From NCBI RefSeq assembly GCF_024502345.1, contig NZ_JALDNN010000002.1: DNA of 64,000 nt; one strand, written 5' to 3'. A model generated the notes under the pieces. The model saw only the letters and a list, made by a program, of their open reading frames with translations, made no database searches and was not told the origin of the DNA. This DNA comes from Escherichia coli. GTDB lineage: Bacteria; Pseudomonadota; Gammaproteobacteria; Enterobacterales; Enterobacteriaceae. Shown in pieces: positions 1 through 13,140 of this stretch. Position 1 is the first letter of the stretch, and each line of letters begins with the position of its first letter. The translations under genes and the position numbers were made by a program.

Positions 1-1011
1 ATGACGAGCGAAAATAACAGCTTACTTCTGAACCTTCAGGAAGTTGATAAGACAACCGGCGAAGTTGTTAAGCTGGATGTCAACAGCACCAGTACCGTGC
101 AGCCAGTAGCGCTCATGAGACTCGGTCTCTTCGTCCCAACTCTGAAATCAACAGGGAAGAGCAAGGCGAACCGGAAAAACGTTACAGACGCGACTGAGGA
201 GCTTGTACAGCTGTCTATTGCCAAAAGCGAAGGGTACACTGACGTTAAGATCACCGGTTCGCGTCTTGATATGGACACGGATTTTAAAGTCTGGCTGGGG
301 ATAATTCGTTCCATGTCGGAGTATGGGGTAAAAAGTGACACCCTGGAACTGTCGTTCGTCGAATTCGTTAAGATGTGCGGATTTAACTCCCGTCGTTCAA
401 ACAAAAAAATGCGCGATCGCATCAGTAATTCTCTGTTTAAACTTGCCTCGGTTACGCTGAAGTTCCAGAGCGAGACCAAAGGATGGACCACCCATCTGGT
501 GCAGTCAGCCTATTATGACATCACCGAGGATATCGTTGAGATAAAGGCTGAACCTAAGCTGTTTGAGCTTTACCACATGGACAGAAGGGTACTGCTGCGG
601 CTGAAAGCCATTGACGCCCTGCAGCGCAAGGAATCAGCCCAGGCGCTTTATACCTACATCGAAAGTCTTCCCCAGAATCCTGCACCTATTTCCATGAAAC
701 GGATGCGTGACCGGCTAAATCTCACCTCAAATGTCTATACGCAGAACCACACGGTGCGTAAGGCGATGGAGCAGCTGCGGGATATTGGTTATCTGGATTA
801 CACCGAGTTTAAACGTGGCCGAGCCACCTATTTCAGCGTGCATTATCGCAACCCCAAACTCATCAGTGGTCCTGTGAAGGTTCCGCGCAAAGAGGAAGAA
901 GAGAAGGCGCCAGAGCAAAATTATGACGAAGTCATTAAGGCGCTGAAGGCTGCTGGCATCGATCCTCTTAAACTGGCTGAAGCCCTCTCAGCGATGAAGC
1001 CAGAAAATTGA
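1..1011 (+). CDS. RepFIB-type plasmid replication initiation protein (may be 5'-partial at window edge)
   Basis: 336-aa ORF recognised as an IncFIB-type Rep initiator; immediately followed by iteron-like TTGACTG repeats. Confidence 0.8.
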   Translation: MTSENNSLLLNLQEVDKTTGEVVKLDVNSTSTVQPVALMRLGLFVPTLKSTGKSKANRKNVTDATEELVQLSIAKSEGYTDVKITGSRLDMDTDFKVWLGIIRSMSEYGVKSDTLELSFVEFVKMCGFNSRRSNKKMRDRISNSLFKLASVTLKFQSETKGWTTHLVQSAYYDITEDIVEIKAEPKLFELYHMDRRVLLRLKAIDALQRKESAQALYTYIESLPQNPAPISMKRMRDRLNLTSNVYTQNHTVRKAMEQLRDIGYLDYTEFKRGRATYFSVHYRNPKLISGPVKVPRKEEEEKAPEQNYDEVIKALKAAGIDPLKLAEALSAMKPEN

Positions 1012-1260
1012 CTGCGATATGCATATCATGACTGCCGTATGCCGCTAAGGACATTCCATTGACTGTGATATGCATCACGCATACCGCAGTCAATGTTTAT
1101 TCTCTATCATCTCTGCCCGGATCGAACAATATTGACTGTAATATGTGATTTGGGGTCGTGATACGCAGATATTGACTACGGCATGCGGGTTAAATGAGGG
1201 TAATCCCTGGTCTGTTAACCATTCCATGGGTGATAACATGCCACAGTCAATTTTTCAGTA
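1012..1260. repeat. Iteron-like repeats downstream of RepFIB rep gene (ATTGACTG-N-ATATGCAT-type motifs, direct and inverted)
   Basis: Repeated TTGACTG(C/T)(G/A)ATATG motifs seen at least 5 times in 250 bp. Confidence 0.6.
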
Positions 1261-1409
1261 AAGCTCTATACCCCTTATGAAAATCTCAATCGGGTGCTGA
1301 GACGGTCATGTTACCTGACGGTATCCGTTCCCCTGTGTACTGCAGGTTTAGCCCGGAAGGATGAGACTGCAGCTGTCTGTATAACCCGGCGCCAGCTTCA
1401 CACTGCTAA

Positions 1410-2605
<1,196 letters not shown>

Positions 2606-2924
2606 TTAGATTATTTTCTTCGTGCAATTCATTGAACCAGTCTTGAATTGCCTGCACTAGTTCGGGGTGCTTAACTGCATTGACCGTTCTGAATAAGGAT
2701 GAAATGGCAATACTGACATCATCAAACCCTCTTATTACGGAACGATTACGTGCCGTGAGAAATCGGTTAAAGTCTGGCGTGCCTGGGGTAATAGTTACTG
2801 TAGCCATGCCGTAATGTTCATTTTTACTTTGCACGACCCTACGGCTATTATCGGACGCATGAGGGGAGCGGGTATTTACGTCAGGTACCTTATGCTCGCT
2901 TTCATTCATTGTTACATCGGTCAT
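2606..2924 (-). pseudogene. Hypothetical protein, 3' end replaced by IS5 copy A sequence
   Basis: 121-aa ORF 2559..2924 whose last 15 codons lie inside the IS5 terminus; overlaps upstream gene by 4 bp (operon). Confidence 0.5.
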
Positions 2925-3406
2925 TGTGCCACCTCTGATTTTGAGTATTGACGGACTTTTCGTCCCAGTTCGATATATGCAGCATGGTAGAACTCAAGTA
3001 ATTCTCTGTAGGGTTCCAGTAATCCCTCCGTTTTTTCAATCATTTCATATTCCCAGCTGGCATGATTAACAAAGCAGCTTTTCGTATATTTTCCACTTTT
3101 CATCGGTGAAATCCGTTTCGACATGTGACTAGGTGGCCTGTTTTTATACGGGCTAAACTGATGCCAGGTAATGGTGACTTTCCTGGCATTACCAATTAGC
3201 TCAACTTTTGGTGCATATGAACCCAGATACTCCTTCTTTAGAGTTTTGCTATCCCTGGGTAAATTCCTCTCAATGTGATTCCGTTCTTTCCACTCGATCC
3301 AATAATTGGTGATCAGTTCTTCAGCCTCTTCTCGAAGAACATCGATTTGTGAGCGCAATAAAGTACGTGAAATCTCTAATGACTTTAATAGCTTCGATTT
3401 AGACAT
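2921..3406 (-). CDS. Hypothetical protein (161 aa), first gene of a two-gene operon
   Basis: ORF with AT-rich promoter-like region upstream; ATGA overlap with the downstream ORF; no recognisable family. Confidence 0.5.
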   Translation of the reverse strand: MSKSKLLKSLEISRTLLRSQIDVLREEAEELITNYWIEWKERNHIERNLPRDSKTLKKEYLGSYAPKVELIGNARKVTITWHQFSPYKNRPPSHMSKRISPMKSGKYTKSCFVNHASWEYEMIEKTEGLLEPYRELLEFYHAAYIELGRKVRQYSKSEVAQ

Positions 3407-3669
3407 GGGGCCTCCTGATGTGAAATCACTATACCGAAGTGATTTTCAATTTTTTTTCACGAACGGGACTTTTTTCTGTGAATTTTTTCGAGAATTTTGC
3501 ATGGCAAATTTAAGAATGGAGGAAGCACTGAGAGTGAGTGACATCAGATGTAAACGGGAACGGCCAAAAGGTCCGCATTTTATCGTGGAAGAAAAGTAAC
3601 TTTTCCAGCAATGCTTATTGCTGAGATCGTGATCTGAAAAGAACTGTTTTACCTACTAAGTTATACATC

Positions 3670-3850
3670 TATCTAGTGCCACTTTTTAAAGGAAAGTGAC
3701 CCTATGATTTTGACGCATAGTGCCACTTTTAAAAAAAGTGACCCTATGTCGTGATTACATAGGGTCACTTTTCATCAAGAAGTGACCCTATGTCGATGGT
3801 GCATAGGGCCACTTTTCAGCAAAAAGTGACCCTATGTAGTAGTCATGTTA
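3670..3850. repeat. Four tandem palindromic repeats CATAGGG(T/C)CACTTTT-N6-8-AAGTGACCCTATG (operator or centromere-like array)
   Basis: Direct reading of sequence: four near-identical 13-bp-arm palindromes spaced about 10 bp apart. Confidence 0.7.
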
Positions 3851-4163
3851 AACAATCGAAAAAATAATCATGCTTACGCGCATTTTTCCCTAAGGTTATT
3901 GCTACTTAATGCCGATAACGACTCAGGCTTTGAGGTTTTTTTATACGGTTCACATTTCGTTAGCAAGGTCAGGGTTTTTTGATAAAATTCTGGTTAGTTT
4001 GGTTAAAAAGTGTTACAAGTATGGGTAATGGCTGAAAGGTTAGTTTTAAGGTTCAAAGCGGCAGTATTAAAATTCCAAAAGTTACTTTTCATCCTTCAGA
4101 ATCCAGACCTTAATTTCATGTAGAAGATTCGTACAATTGTATTGGCGCAAGGACAATCCGCAC

Positions 4164-4964
4164 ATGTCAGAATCAGATAACATCACGCGTAACTTACTCG
4201 GTAAACTATTACGTACCGAGATTTCGATTATTCGTAGTTACCGTGCCTTCTTAATGTTATTGCCTCTTCATGGATCTTCTAAGTATCAAACTGGATCACC
4301 ACTCCTCCAACGCCGACTATTTGGTAATGGATTTGGAGCTATGATTGATAATGCATTTGAAGTTGAAACTCGGCCAGGAAGCTTCCTCGTTCCTCGTTCT
4401 TTAAGTAAAGAGATCTCTTGGGACAAATTCTTTGTAGCTGTAGTTGATGGCGACACTAACGTCATTCGAGAATATGACAGTGAAGATACTGACTTCGGCA
4501 TTTACAATGAAGGTGAAAAAGTAACTTTGCTCAGCGGGCAGGAGGAATTTTATAATCCGAGAAAAATTCAGCAACTACGTTCTAAGTGTGTAGACATTCA
4601 AAATGATTACTTAATGCAAGTTTTCTTTATGTCAATGCTTGCACCTGAGTTTGTTAGTATCTTTTTTGGATTAAAACCTACCACCGTGGAGGCAATAAAA
4701 GATGTCGGGATGTCATCACTTAAATTAATTAATGATGTCGTTCTCTTTCCACGAACAATTCCCTTTACGCCAGGTCTGGGGGATGACAGTGCTACGCTAA
4801 AATCAAAGGTATTTGCTTGGGCATACGAAATATCTGCCGATATTCGTTTGGGTAAAGTTAGTGACGTTTTAATGGAATTACTGCGTTACGACACTATGTT
4901 TACATGCCACCGTCAGGATGTGTTCAATACTTTGGCAAATAAAGTGCTCTTGAAGGATTATTGA
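4164..4964 (+). CDS. Hypothetical protein (about 266 aa)
   Basis: Long ORF (track 4137..4964), no recognisable motifs; downstream of the palindromic repeat array. Confidence 0.5.
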   Translation: MSESDNITRNLLGKLLRTEISIIRSYRAFLMLLPLHGSSKYQTGSPLLQRRLFGNGFGAMIDNAFEVETRPGSFLVPRSLSKEISWDKFFVAVVDGDTNVIREYDSEDTDFGIYNEGEKVTLLSGQEEFYNPRKIQQLRSKCVDIQNDYLMQVFFMSMLAPEFVSIFFGLKPTTVEAIKDVGMSSLKLINDVVLFPRTIPFTPGLGDDSATLKSKVFAWAYEISADIRLGKVSDVLMELLRYDTMFTCHRQDVFNTLANKVLLKDY

Positions 4965-4966
4965 AT

Positions 4967-5059
4967 ATGGCTAAAGTCGATCAAACTAAAGCTAACATGT
5001 TATTGAGCGCTACAAAAACGATGTCTCTTGGTGCCAATAAAAACTCCATAAGGATACTC
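4967..5059 (+). pseudogene. 5' fragment of a gene (MAKVDQTKANMLLSATK...) truncated by IS1
   Basis: ORF starts 3 bp after the preceding stop and runs straight into the IS1 terminus at 5060. Confidence 0.4.
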
Positions 5060-5074
5060 GGTAATGACTCCAAC

Positions 5075-5578
5075 TTATTGATAGTGTTTTATGTTCAGAT
5101 AATGCCCGATGACTTTGTCATGCAGCTCCACCGATTTTGAGAACGACAGCGACTTCCGTCCCAGCCGTGCCAGGTGCTGCCTCAGATTCAGGTTATGCCG
5201 CTCAATTCGCTGCGTATATCGCTTGCTGATTACGTGCAGCTTTCCCTTCAGGCGGGATTCATACAGCGGCCAGCCATCCGTCATCCATATCACCACGTCA
5301 AAGGGTGACAGCAGGCTCATAAGACGCCCCAGCGTCGCCATAGTGCGTTCACCGAATACGTGCGCAACAACCGTCTTCCGGAGCCTGTCATACGCGTAAA
5401 ACAGCCAGCGCTGGCGCGATTTAGCCCCGACGTATCCCCACTGTTCGTCCATTTCCGCGCAGACGATGACGTCACTGCCCGGCTGTATGCGCGAGGTTAC
5501 CGACTGCGGCCTGAGTTTTTTAAATGGCGGAAAATCGTGTTGAGGCCAACGCCCATAATGCGGGCGGTTGCCCGGCAT
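5075..5578 (-). CDS. insB: IS1 InsB (expressed as InsAB' by frameshift)
   Basis: 167-aa ORF with IS1 InsB sequence. Confidence 0.9.
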   Translation of the reverse strand: MPGNRPHYGRWPQHDFPPFKKLRPQSVTSRIQPGSDVIVCAEMDEQWGYVGAKSRQRWLFYAYDRLRKTVVAHVFGERTMATLGRLMSLLSPFDVVIWMTDGWPLYESRLKGKLHVISKRYTQRIERHNLNLRQHLARLGRKSLSFSKSVELHDKVIGHYLNIKHYQ

Positions 5579-5772
5579 CCAACGCCATTCATGGCCATAT
5601 CAATGATTTTCTGGTGCGTACCGGGTTGAGAAGCGGTGTAAGTGAACTGCAGTTGCCATGTTTTACGGCAGTGAGAGCAGAGATAGCGCTGATGTCCGGC
5701 GGTGCTTTTGCCGTTACGCACCACCCCGTCAGTAGCTGAACAGGAGGGACAGCTGATAGAAACAGAAGCCAC
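5497..5772 (-). CDS. insA: IS1 InsA
   Basis: 91-aa [43 protein letters not shown]... Confidence 0.95.
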   Translation of the reverse strand: MASVSISCPSCSATDGVVRNGKSTAGHQRYLCSHCRKTWQLQFTYTASQPGTHQKIIDMAMNGVGCRATARIMGVGLNTIFRHLKNSGRSR

Positions 5773-6000
5773 TGGAGCACCTCAAAAACACCATCATACA
5801 CTAAATCAGTAAGTTGGCAGCATCACCGACTTCCACATCAAGGCGGCGCCAGTAATGCTTTTGTGATACCGTCTCAGATCCCACGATCCCACTGACGGGC
5901 TTATAGTCATAGTCCGTCTGAGTCTGCCCGTGTTTAACTTTCCTCGTTATTTTCTTCTCGACGACATATCCGGTTACGCCCGTCACTGGCTGTTCACTGT

Positions 6001-7195
<1,195 letters not shown>

Positions 7196-7256
7196 TTAGA
7201 GCAGGGGGGAGGAGGTGCGCAGTAATTTATCAGTGTATTACAGGTTAAAATTTGAT

Positions 7257-8661
7257 CTTAACGAATGGAAGGGACTTCCCCTGATTATGCGCCTGATTAA
7301 CTCTTGTGCAATCATGGGGTACACATCGTCCCGGAGGAATTCGTTATGACTATCACGACTGTCGGTATCGATCTTGCTAAAAATGTGTTTGCTGTTCACA
7401 GTGTTGATCAAAATGGTAGAACTGTTCTGGTTAAGCCTAAAGTATCGCGTGCTGCACTTCCTGAGTTAATTGCAAGTTTGCCTCCCTGTGTTATCGGGAT
7501 GGAAGCATGCTCCGGGGCTCATTACTGGGCAAGATTGTTTCGGCAGTATGGTCATGAGCCACGTCTGATGGCTGCTAAGTTTGTATCGCCTTATCGTATG
7601 GCCGGAAAATCAGGAAAAAATGATGCAGCTGATGCTCAGGCTATCTGTGAAGCTGTTCGTCGTCCGCATATGCGGTTCGTACCAGTGAAAGACGAAAGCC
7701 AGCAGGCCATGCAGTGTTTACATCGTACCCGTCAGGGTTTTATCGAAGAGAAAACAGCAACGTATAATCGTCTGCGAGGATTGATATCTGAATTCGGTGT
7801 CATCGCGCCACAAAGTGCTGATGCCCTGCGCCACATGGTTTCTGTGCAGAAGAGCTCTTTACCGCTTCAGGTTCAGCAATGTGTTGATGATTTGATGGAA
7901 CACGTTGATCGCATTGAAGCTAACATCACTGAATATGACCGAATTTTGTCCCACATAGCCAAAACAGATCATCGCAGTCAGCGGCTGATGGAGCTAAAGG
8001 GCGTTGGTCCCACAACGGCCTGTGCACTGGTCGCCAGTATCGGTAATGCACATGATTTTAAAAATGGACGTCAACTGGCAGCCTGGCTGGGGCTGACGCC
8101 ATCACAATACAGCAGCGGGGGAAAGTCGAAACTCGGCAGGATCACAAAAGCCGGTGATTCGTATCTGCGAACGCTTCTGGTTCAGGGGGCTCGTTCAGTG
8201 CTTATTGGCGCCGGGAAAAGGACTGACTCATTCAGCCGTTGGGTTTGTATGTTGGTTGAGCGCAGAGGGTACTGGCGGGCTGTTGTGGCCATCGCCGCCA
8301 AAAATGCGCGGCTGTGTTGGGCATCACTACATTACGGTGATGATTTCCGGCTGTACTCAGTCAACTAAAGCTCGAAGCTGTATAACCATCTGACCTGCAA
8401 TTCGTTGATGATAAAGGGTTAGACCCCGTGAGGCCTATCTGGCTATTGTACAGGATATACGTATCCGCTTAACGAACAAGAACCTCACGAGCGTCTTTCA
8501 TCAGGGGCCGAATCGATGACGATTCATCATGACCGTTTATAGTACCGCAGTCTCTCCCCTTTATTTTTTTACTATAGTGCAGACAGAAACCGTAAACACC
8601 GGCGTTGACATGCCGGGGAAGCCCTTATAGTACAATAATTCTCTATATCCAAACTGACCCC
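7257..8661 (+). mobile_element. IS110-family element copy 1 (about 1.4 kb), no terminal inverted repeats, long 3' non-coding end
   Basis: Boundaries inferred by alignment with the related copy at 38762..40163; right terminus ...CCAAACTGACCCC. Confidence 0.65.
7346..8368 (+). CDS. IS110-family transposase (DEDD)
   Basis: 340-aa core MTITTVGIDLAKNVFAVH..., typical IS110/IS1111-family N-terminus. Confidence 0.85.
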   Translation: MTITTVGIDLAKNVFAVHSVDQNGRTVLVKPKVSRAALPELIASLPPCVIGMEACSGAHYWARLFRQYGHEPRLMAAKFVSPYRMAGKSGKNDAADAQAICEAVRRPHMRFVPVKDESQQAMQCLHRTRQGFIEEKTATYNRLRGLISEFGVIAPQSADALRHMVSVQKSSLPLQVQQCVDDLMEHVDRIEANITEYDRILSHIAKTDHRSQRLMELKGVGPTTACALVASIGNAHDFKNGRQLAAWLGLTPSQYSSGGKSKLGRITKAGDSYLRTLLVQGARSVLIGAGKRTDSFSRWVCMLVERRGYWRAVVAIAAKNARLCWASLHYGDDFRLYSVN

Positions 8662-8808
8662 AGATAGCGCTGATGTCCGGCAGTACTTTTACCGTTACGC
8701 ACCACGCCTTCAGTAGCTGAGCAGGAGGGACAAGTGATGGAGATGGAAGCCACTGGAGCACCTCAAAACCACCATCATACACTAAATCAGCAAGTTGGTA
8801 GCATTACC
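8662..8808 (-). mobile_element. IS1 left-end fragment (about 147 bp)
   Basis: Matches IS1 IRL and first about 150 bp; truncated where the IS110-family element ends. Confidence 0.8.
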
Positions 8809-8984
8809 CAGAACTGGACAGAATAGGCTGTATGTCTAACTTCTAGCCACAGATATAATCGAGCCAGCAGTGCTCGCCGCAGCCGAGCGACAGGGCGAAG
8901 CCCCGAGTGAGCGAGGAAGCACCATGGAACAGTACTCATAAATTCTGCATACGCTCAATGCCTGCAAAATCACCTCCCATAGGG

Positions 8985-10042
<1,058 letters not shown>

Positions 10043-10245
10043 TTGAGGGCTATCTGTCACAGATTTAAGGGTGGTTCGTCACATTTGATCTGGAAAGTTG
10101 AGGGTGATTTGTCACAGTTTTGCTGTTCCCTCCCTGGCATCCTGCGCTTACTCATAGTTTTTTTGGCTGTAACCGGTAGTGGAGCCAGAATTGAGGGCAA
10201 TTTGTCACCCTATCCTGAGGGTAGTTTGTCACACTAGATTTTCTC
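10043..10245 (+). repeat. incC-like iterons downstream of repE
   Basis: Repeated TTGAGGG(N)ATTTGTCACA motifs. Confidence 0.8.
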
Positions 10246-10254
10246 CCTCTTCCC

Positions 10255-10778
10255 GGGTAATGGTGCCAACTTACTGATTTAGTGTACGATGGTGTTTTTG
10301 AGGTGCTCCCGTGGCTTCCATCTCCATCAGTTGTCCCTCCTGCTCAGCTACTGAAGGCGTGGTGCGTAACGGTAAAAGTACTGCCGGACATCAGCGCTAT
10401 CTCTGCTCTCACTGCCGTAAAACATGGCAGCTACAGTTCACTTACACCGCCTCTCAGCCCGGTACACACCAGAAAATTATTGATATGGCCATGAATGGCG
10501 TCGGATGTCGCGCCAGTGCACGCATTATGGGCGTTGGCCTCAACACGATTTTACGACACTTAAAAAACTCAGGCCGCAGTCGGTAAACTCACGCATACAA
10601 CCGGGCAGTGATGTGATTGTCTGCTCTGAAATGGACGAACAGTGGGGCTACGTCGGCGCTAAATCACGCGAGCGCTGGTTGTTTTACGCGTATGACAGGA
10701 TACGGAGGACGGTTGTTGCACACGTCTTCGGTGAACGTACTATGGCCACGCTGGAGCATCTTCTGAGCCTGCCGTCGG
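10255..10778 (+). mobile_element. IS1 copy, 3'-truncated (about 520 bp)
   Basis: IS1 IRL and insA intact (10311..10586); insB diverges after about codon 90. Confidence 0.85.
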
Positions 10779-12217
10779 ACTTTCAGGGCGCGTGGTTCCT
10801 TTTAAACACCAGCTCTGTATCTCTTTTAAAGATCCTTTAATAAATTCTGTAAACCCATAACCTGTTCATCGCCTGCATTGTGGACCGGCTCGGGAGAATG
10901 CCCGCCCTTGCAGCGACCAGACGGTCGCGCCGGTTCGGCAACACCAGAGAGAGCTCCCATCGCTTCGCGACGGGCCCCGACCGGAGAACCAAATTAGTTA
11001 CAGCATTCATAAGGAAGCTCATCATAAAACCAGCGCCGGTTTGCCGGCCAGGTGCCCCTCCCCACCACTGAAAAGCGCCGCCGCCCCCGGCCGAAGGCCG
11101 GGGAACACCATCGCTTATAATGATGGGTGTTGTAACTAACCTTCTTCATCGCTTTAGGTGGAGCTGCGGTGAGTTTCTGAGTACACGCTCGTAAGCGGCC
11201 CTGACGGCCCGCTAACGCGGAGATACGCCACGGCTACGGCTTACGCCTTGCCGTGACCACTCCGACCGCGTACAGAGGCATCTGAGACGTTTTTAGCGGG
11301 TATAGCTTTGCAGCTACCGTGTTAAGTTCCCTGGTGTCGCTGAGATAGTTGATGAACATCCCCCTAAGCGTCAGCAGCAAGCTGCCGCCGCTAAGGCCCC
11401 GGAAATCACGCCCTTTACGTCGTAAACGCCGTAAAGCCCGCTCACCGGGGTTAAAAGGGATTACTTTGACTTCTTCATTGCTGTTAGCGGGTTAAGGCTA
11501 ATCAGGGCAGGGGGTAGGGTGGCAGAATTTATAGCCCGGCAACCGGCTACGCCGGGCTTTCGGCGCCATTTGACTCCACAGACACATGTAACCTCATCTG
11601 GCGCCTCCATGCCGCTGACGCGGCATCCAGAAGTTTCCCGATGCTGTAAGTCTTAACGTCTGCTTTGTGCCAAAAGCGGAAGTAACTAACAGCAGTCTGT
11701 GTGAAAATACGGGGAGCAGGTTAAAGGTGCCTGGCCGTTGTTGAGGTGGAGTTGCAGGGCCGCACCTTCTATATCCTAGAAGTCGATACATCTGACGGTG
11801 TTTGTTCTCTATCAACTTTGCTATTACGGCTGAAGTCGCCTCTGGATTGGCCCAAGCAGCTTACGCTGTTGGCAGAAGAGTTAACCCAGAAATCACTGCA
11901 CTGGCCAAATCAGCGGTTAAAAATGCTCTGCGGCAAGGATGGCTATTCCGGCATTCCTCACCCGCAGACCAAATCCGTGGATAAGGGCAAGTTGCATGAG
12001 GAGTCGATAGAGCACTGGGCGGCAAGATTTCACAGTTGGATGACATCAATCTAACGTATTGAAGAGATTTAATACAAGACGAACTATGTCTACGTTTGAG
12101 GCTTTATATCTTGTTGTTATAGTAAAGATGGTGCATGATTGTAATCAATTTGATGATAACAATAGCGCTATATGGATCACATCACTACATTCTCCTTTCA
12201 TTTCATAGCTGCGGCAC
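10779..12217. other. ORF-poor, GC-rich, hairpin-rich 1.4 kb segment upstream of the WYL regulator gene
   Basis: No ORF over 102 aa on either strand; multiple GC-rich stem-loops (for example AGCCCGGCAACCGGCTACGCCGGGCT). Confidence 0.5.
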
Positions 12218-13126
12218 ATGATTAGTTCTCCCTCTAAACGGGTCGAGGATTTGAGCCTTGCCCAGCGCGAGCGGCTGGCCTACATCGACTTCCAGCTCTA
12301 CTTCTTCGGTGATATTGGGCGCCCAGACCTGATTGAGCGCTTCGGTGTGGCGCCGGCAGGGGCAACTCGCGATCTGGCTCTTTACCGGGAAATCGCACCG
12401 CAGAACATTGAATTCGATGGTAGCAACAAGATCTACCGCATAGGCAAGGCGTTTGTTCCAATTTTCGAGCACTCGACGCAACGTGTTTTGTCGACATTCG
12501 CGCTTGGGTTTGGAGATGGTGTGAACGTCGACTCGCGGCCGCTGCTGCCATGCGAGTCTCCAGTGGCTTTGAGCTGCCCACGGATGGATGTGCTGGCCCC
12601 AATCTGCCGGGCTATCCACGCCAAGCGGCCAGTAGCCATCCGCTACCACTCAATGAGCAGCGGTGAGACCGAGCGGATCATTGTGCCCTTTGCGCTGGTC
12701 GATACCGGCCTGCGCTGGCACGTCCGAGCTTTTGATCGCAAGAGTGGCGAGTTCCGCGACTTCGTTGTCACCCGCATTGAAGCGCCTATCCTGCTTGATG
12801 AAGAACCCAAGGCTAACGAGCGTTCGGACAACGACATTCAGTGGACTCGGATCGTGGAGTTGGACTTAGTGCCTCATCCGCGCTTTGCGCGTCCCGAGGT
12901 CATCAAGATGGACTACGGGATGACCAACGGGTCGATCAAGATGCGCGTGCGGGCTGCTGTTGCGGGCTACATGCTGCTGCACTGGAGCGTGGACTGCTCG
13001 CCTGACCATCGCCTCAAAGAAGAACAGTATCGCCTATGGCTTAGCGATCCGCTGGTGCTGTACGGAGTCGAGAGCGCCAAGCTGGCTCCAGGATACCAAG
13101 CCCTGAGCAGTTCCAAGGGATCATAG
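12218..13126 (+). CDS. WYL-domain transcriptional regulator, BrxR/CapW-like (wHTH + WYL + C-terminal extension)
   Basis: N-terminal wHTH-like segment LAQRERLAYIDFQLYFFGDIGRPDLIERFGV; WYL-like core VAIRYHSMSSGETERIIVPFALVDTGLRWHVRAFDRKSGEFRDFVVTRI; 302 aa, typical BrxR size. Confidence 0.7.
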   Translation: MISSPSKRVEDLSLAQRERLAYIDFQLYFFGDIGRPDLIERFGVAPAGATRDLALYREIAPQNIEFDGSNKIYRIGKAFVPIFEHSTQRVLSTFALGFGDGVNVDSRPLLPCESPVALSCPRMDVLAPICRAIHAKRPVAIRYHSMSSGETERIIVPFALVDTGLRWHVRAFDRKSGEFRDFVVTRIEAPILLDEEPKANERSDNDIQWTRIVELDLVPHPRFARPEVIKMDYGMTNGSIKMRVRAAVAGYMLLHWSVDCSPDHRLKEEQYRLWLSDPLVLYGVESAKLAPGYQALSSSKGS

Positions 13127-13140
13127 GAAAGAGGAAAACA

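Larger units (their letters stand above)
5060..5827 (-). mobile_element. IS1 (768 bp, complete)
   Basis: IS1 terminal repeats GGTAATGACTCCAACTTATTGAT / GGTGATGCTGCCAACTTACTGAT; insA and insB ORFs; no 9-bp target duplication. Confidence 0.95.

Noticed and set aside
3670-3850. Possible CRISPR array
   Set aside because: Only four units, each an internally palindromic site with short irregular spacers; no cas genes; better explained as operator or centromere-like protein-binding repeats.
11594-12054. Small ORFs (60-102 aa) in the GC-rich segment upstream of the WYL regulator
   Set aside because: Overlapping frames on both strands with no recognisable motifs; retained only as part of the ORF-poor segment finding.
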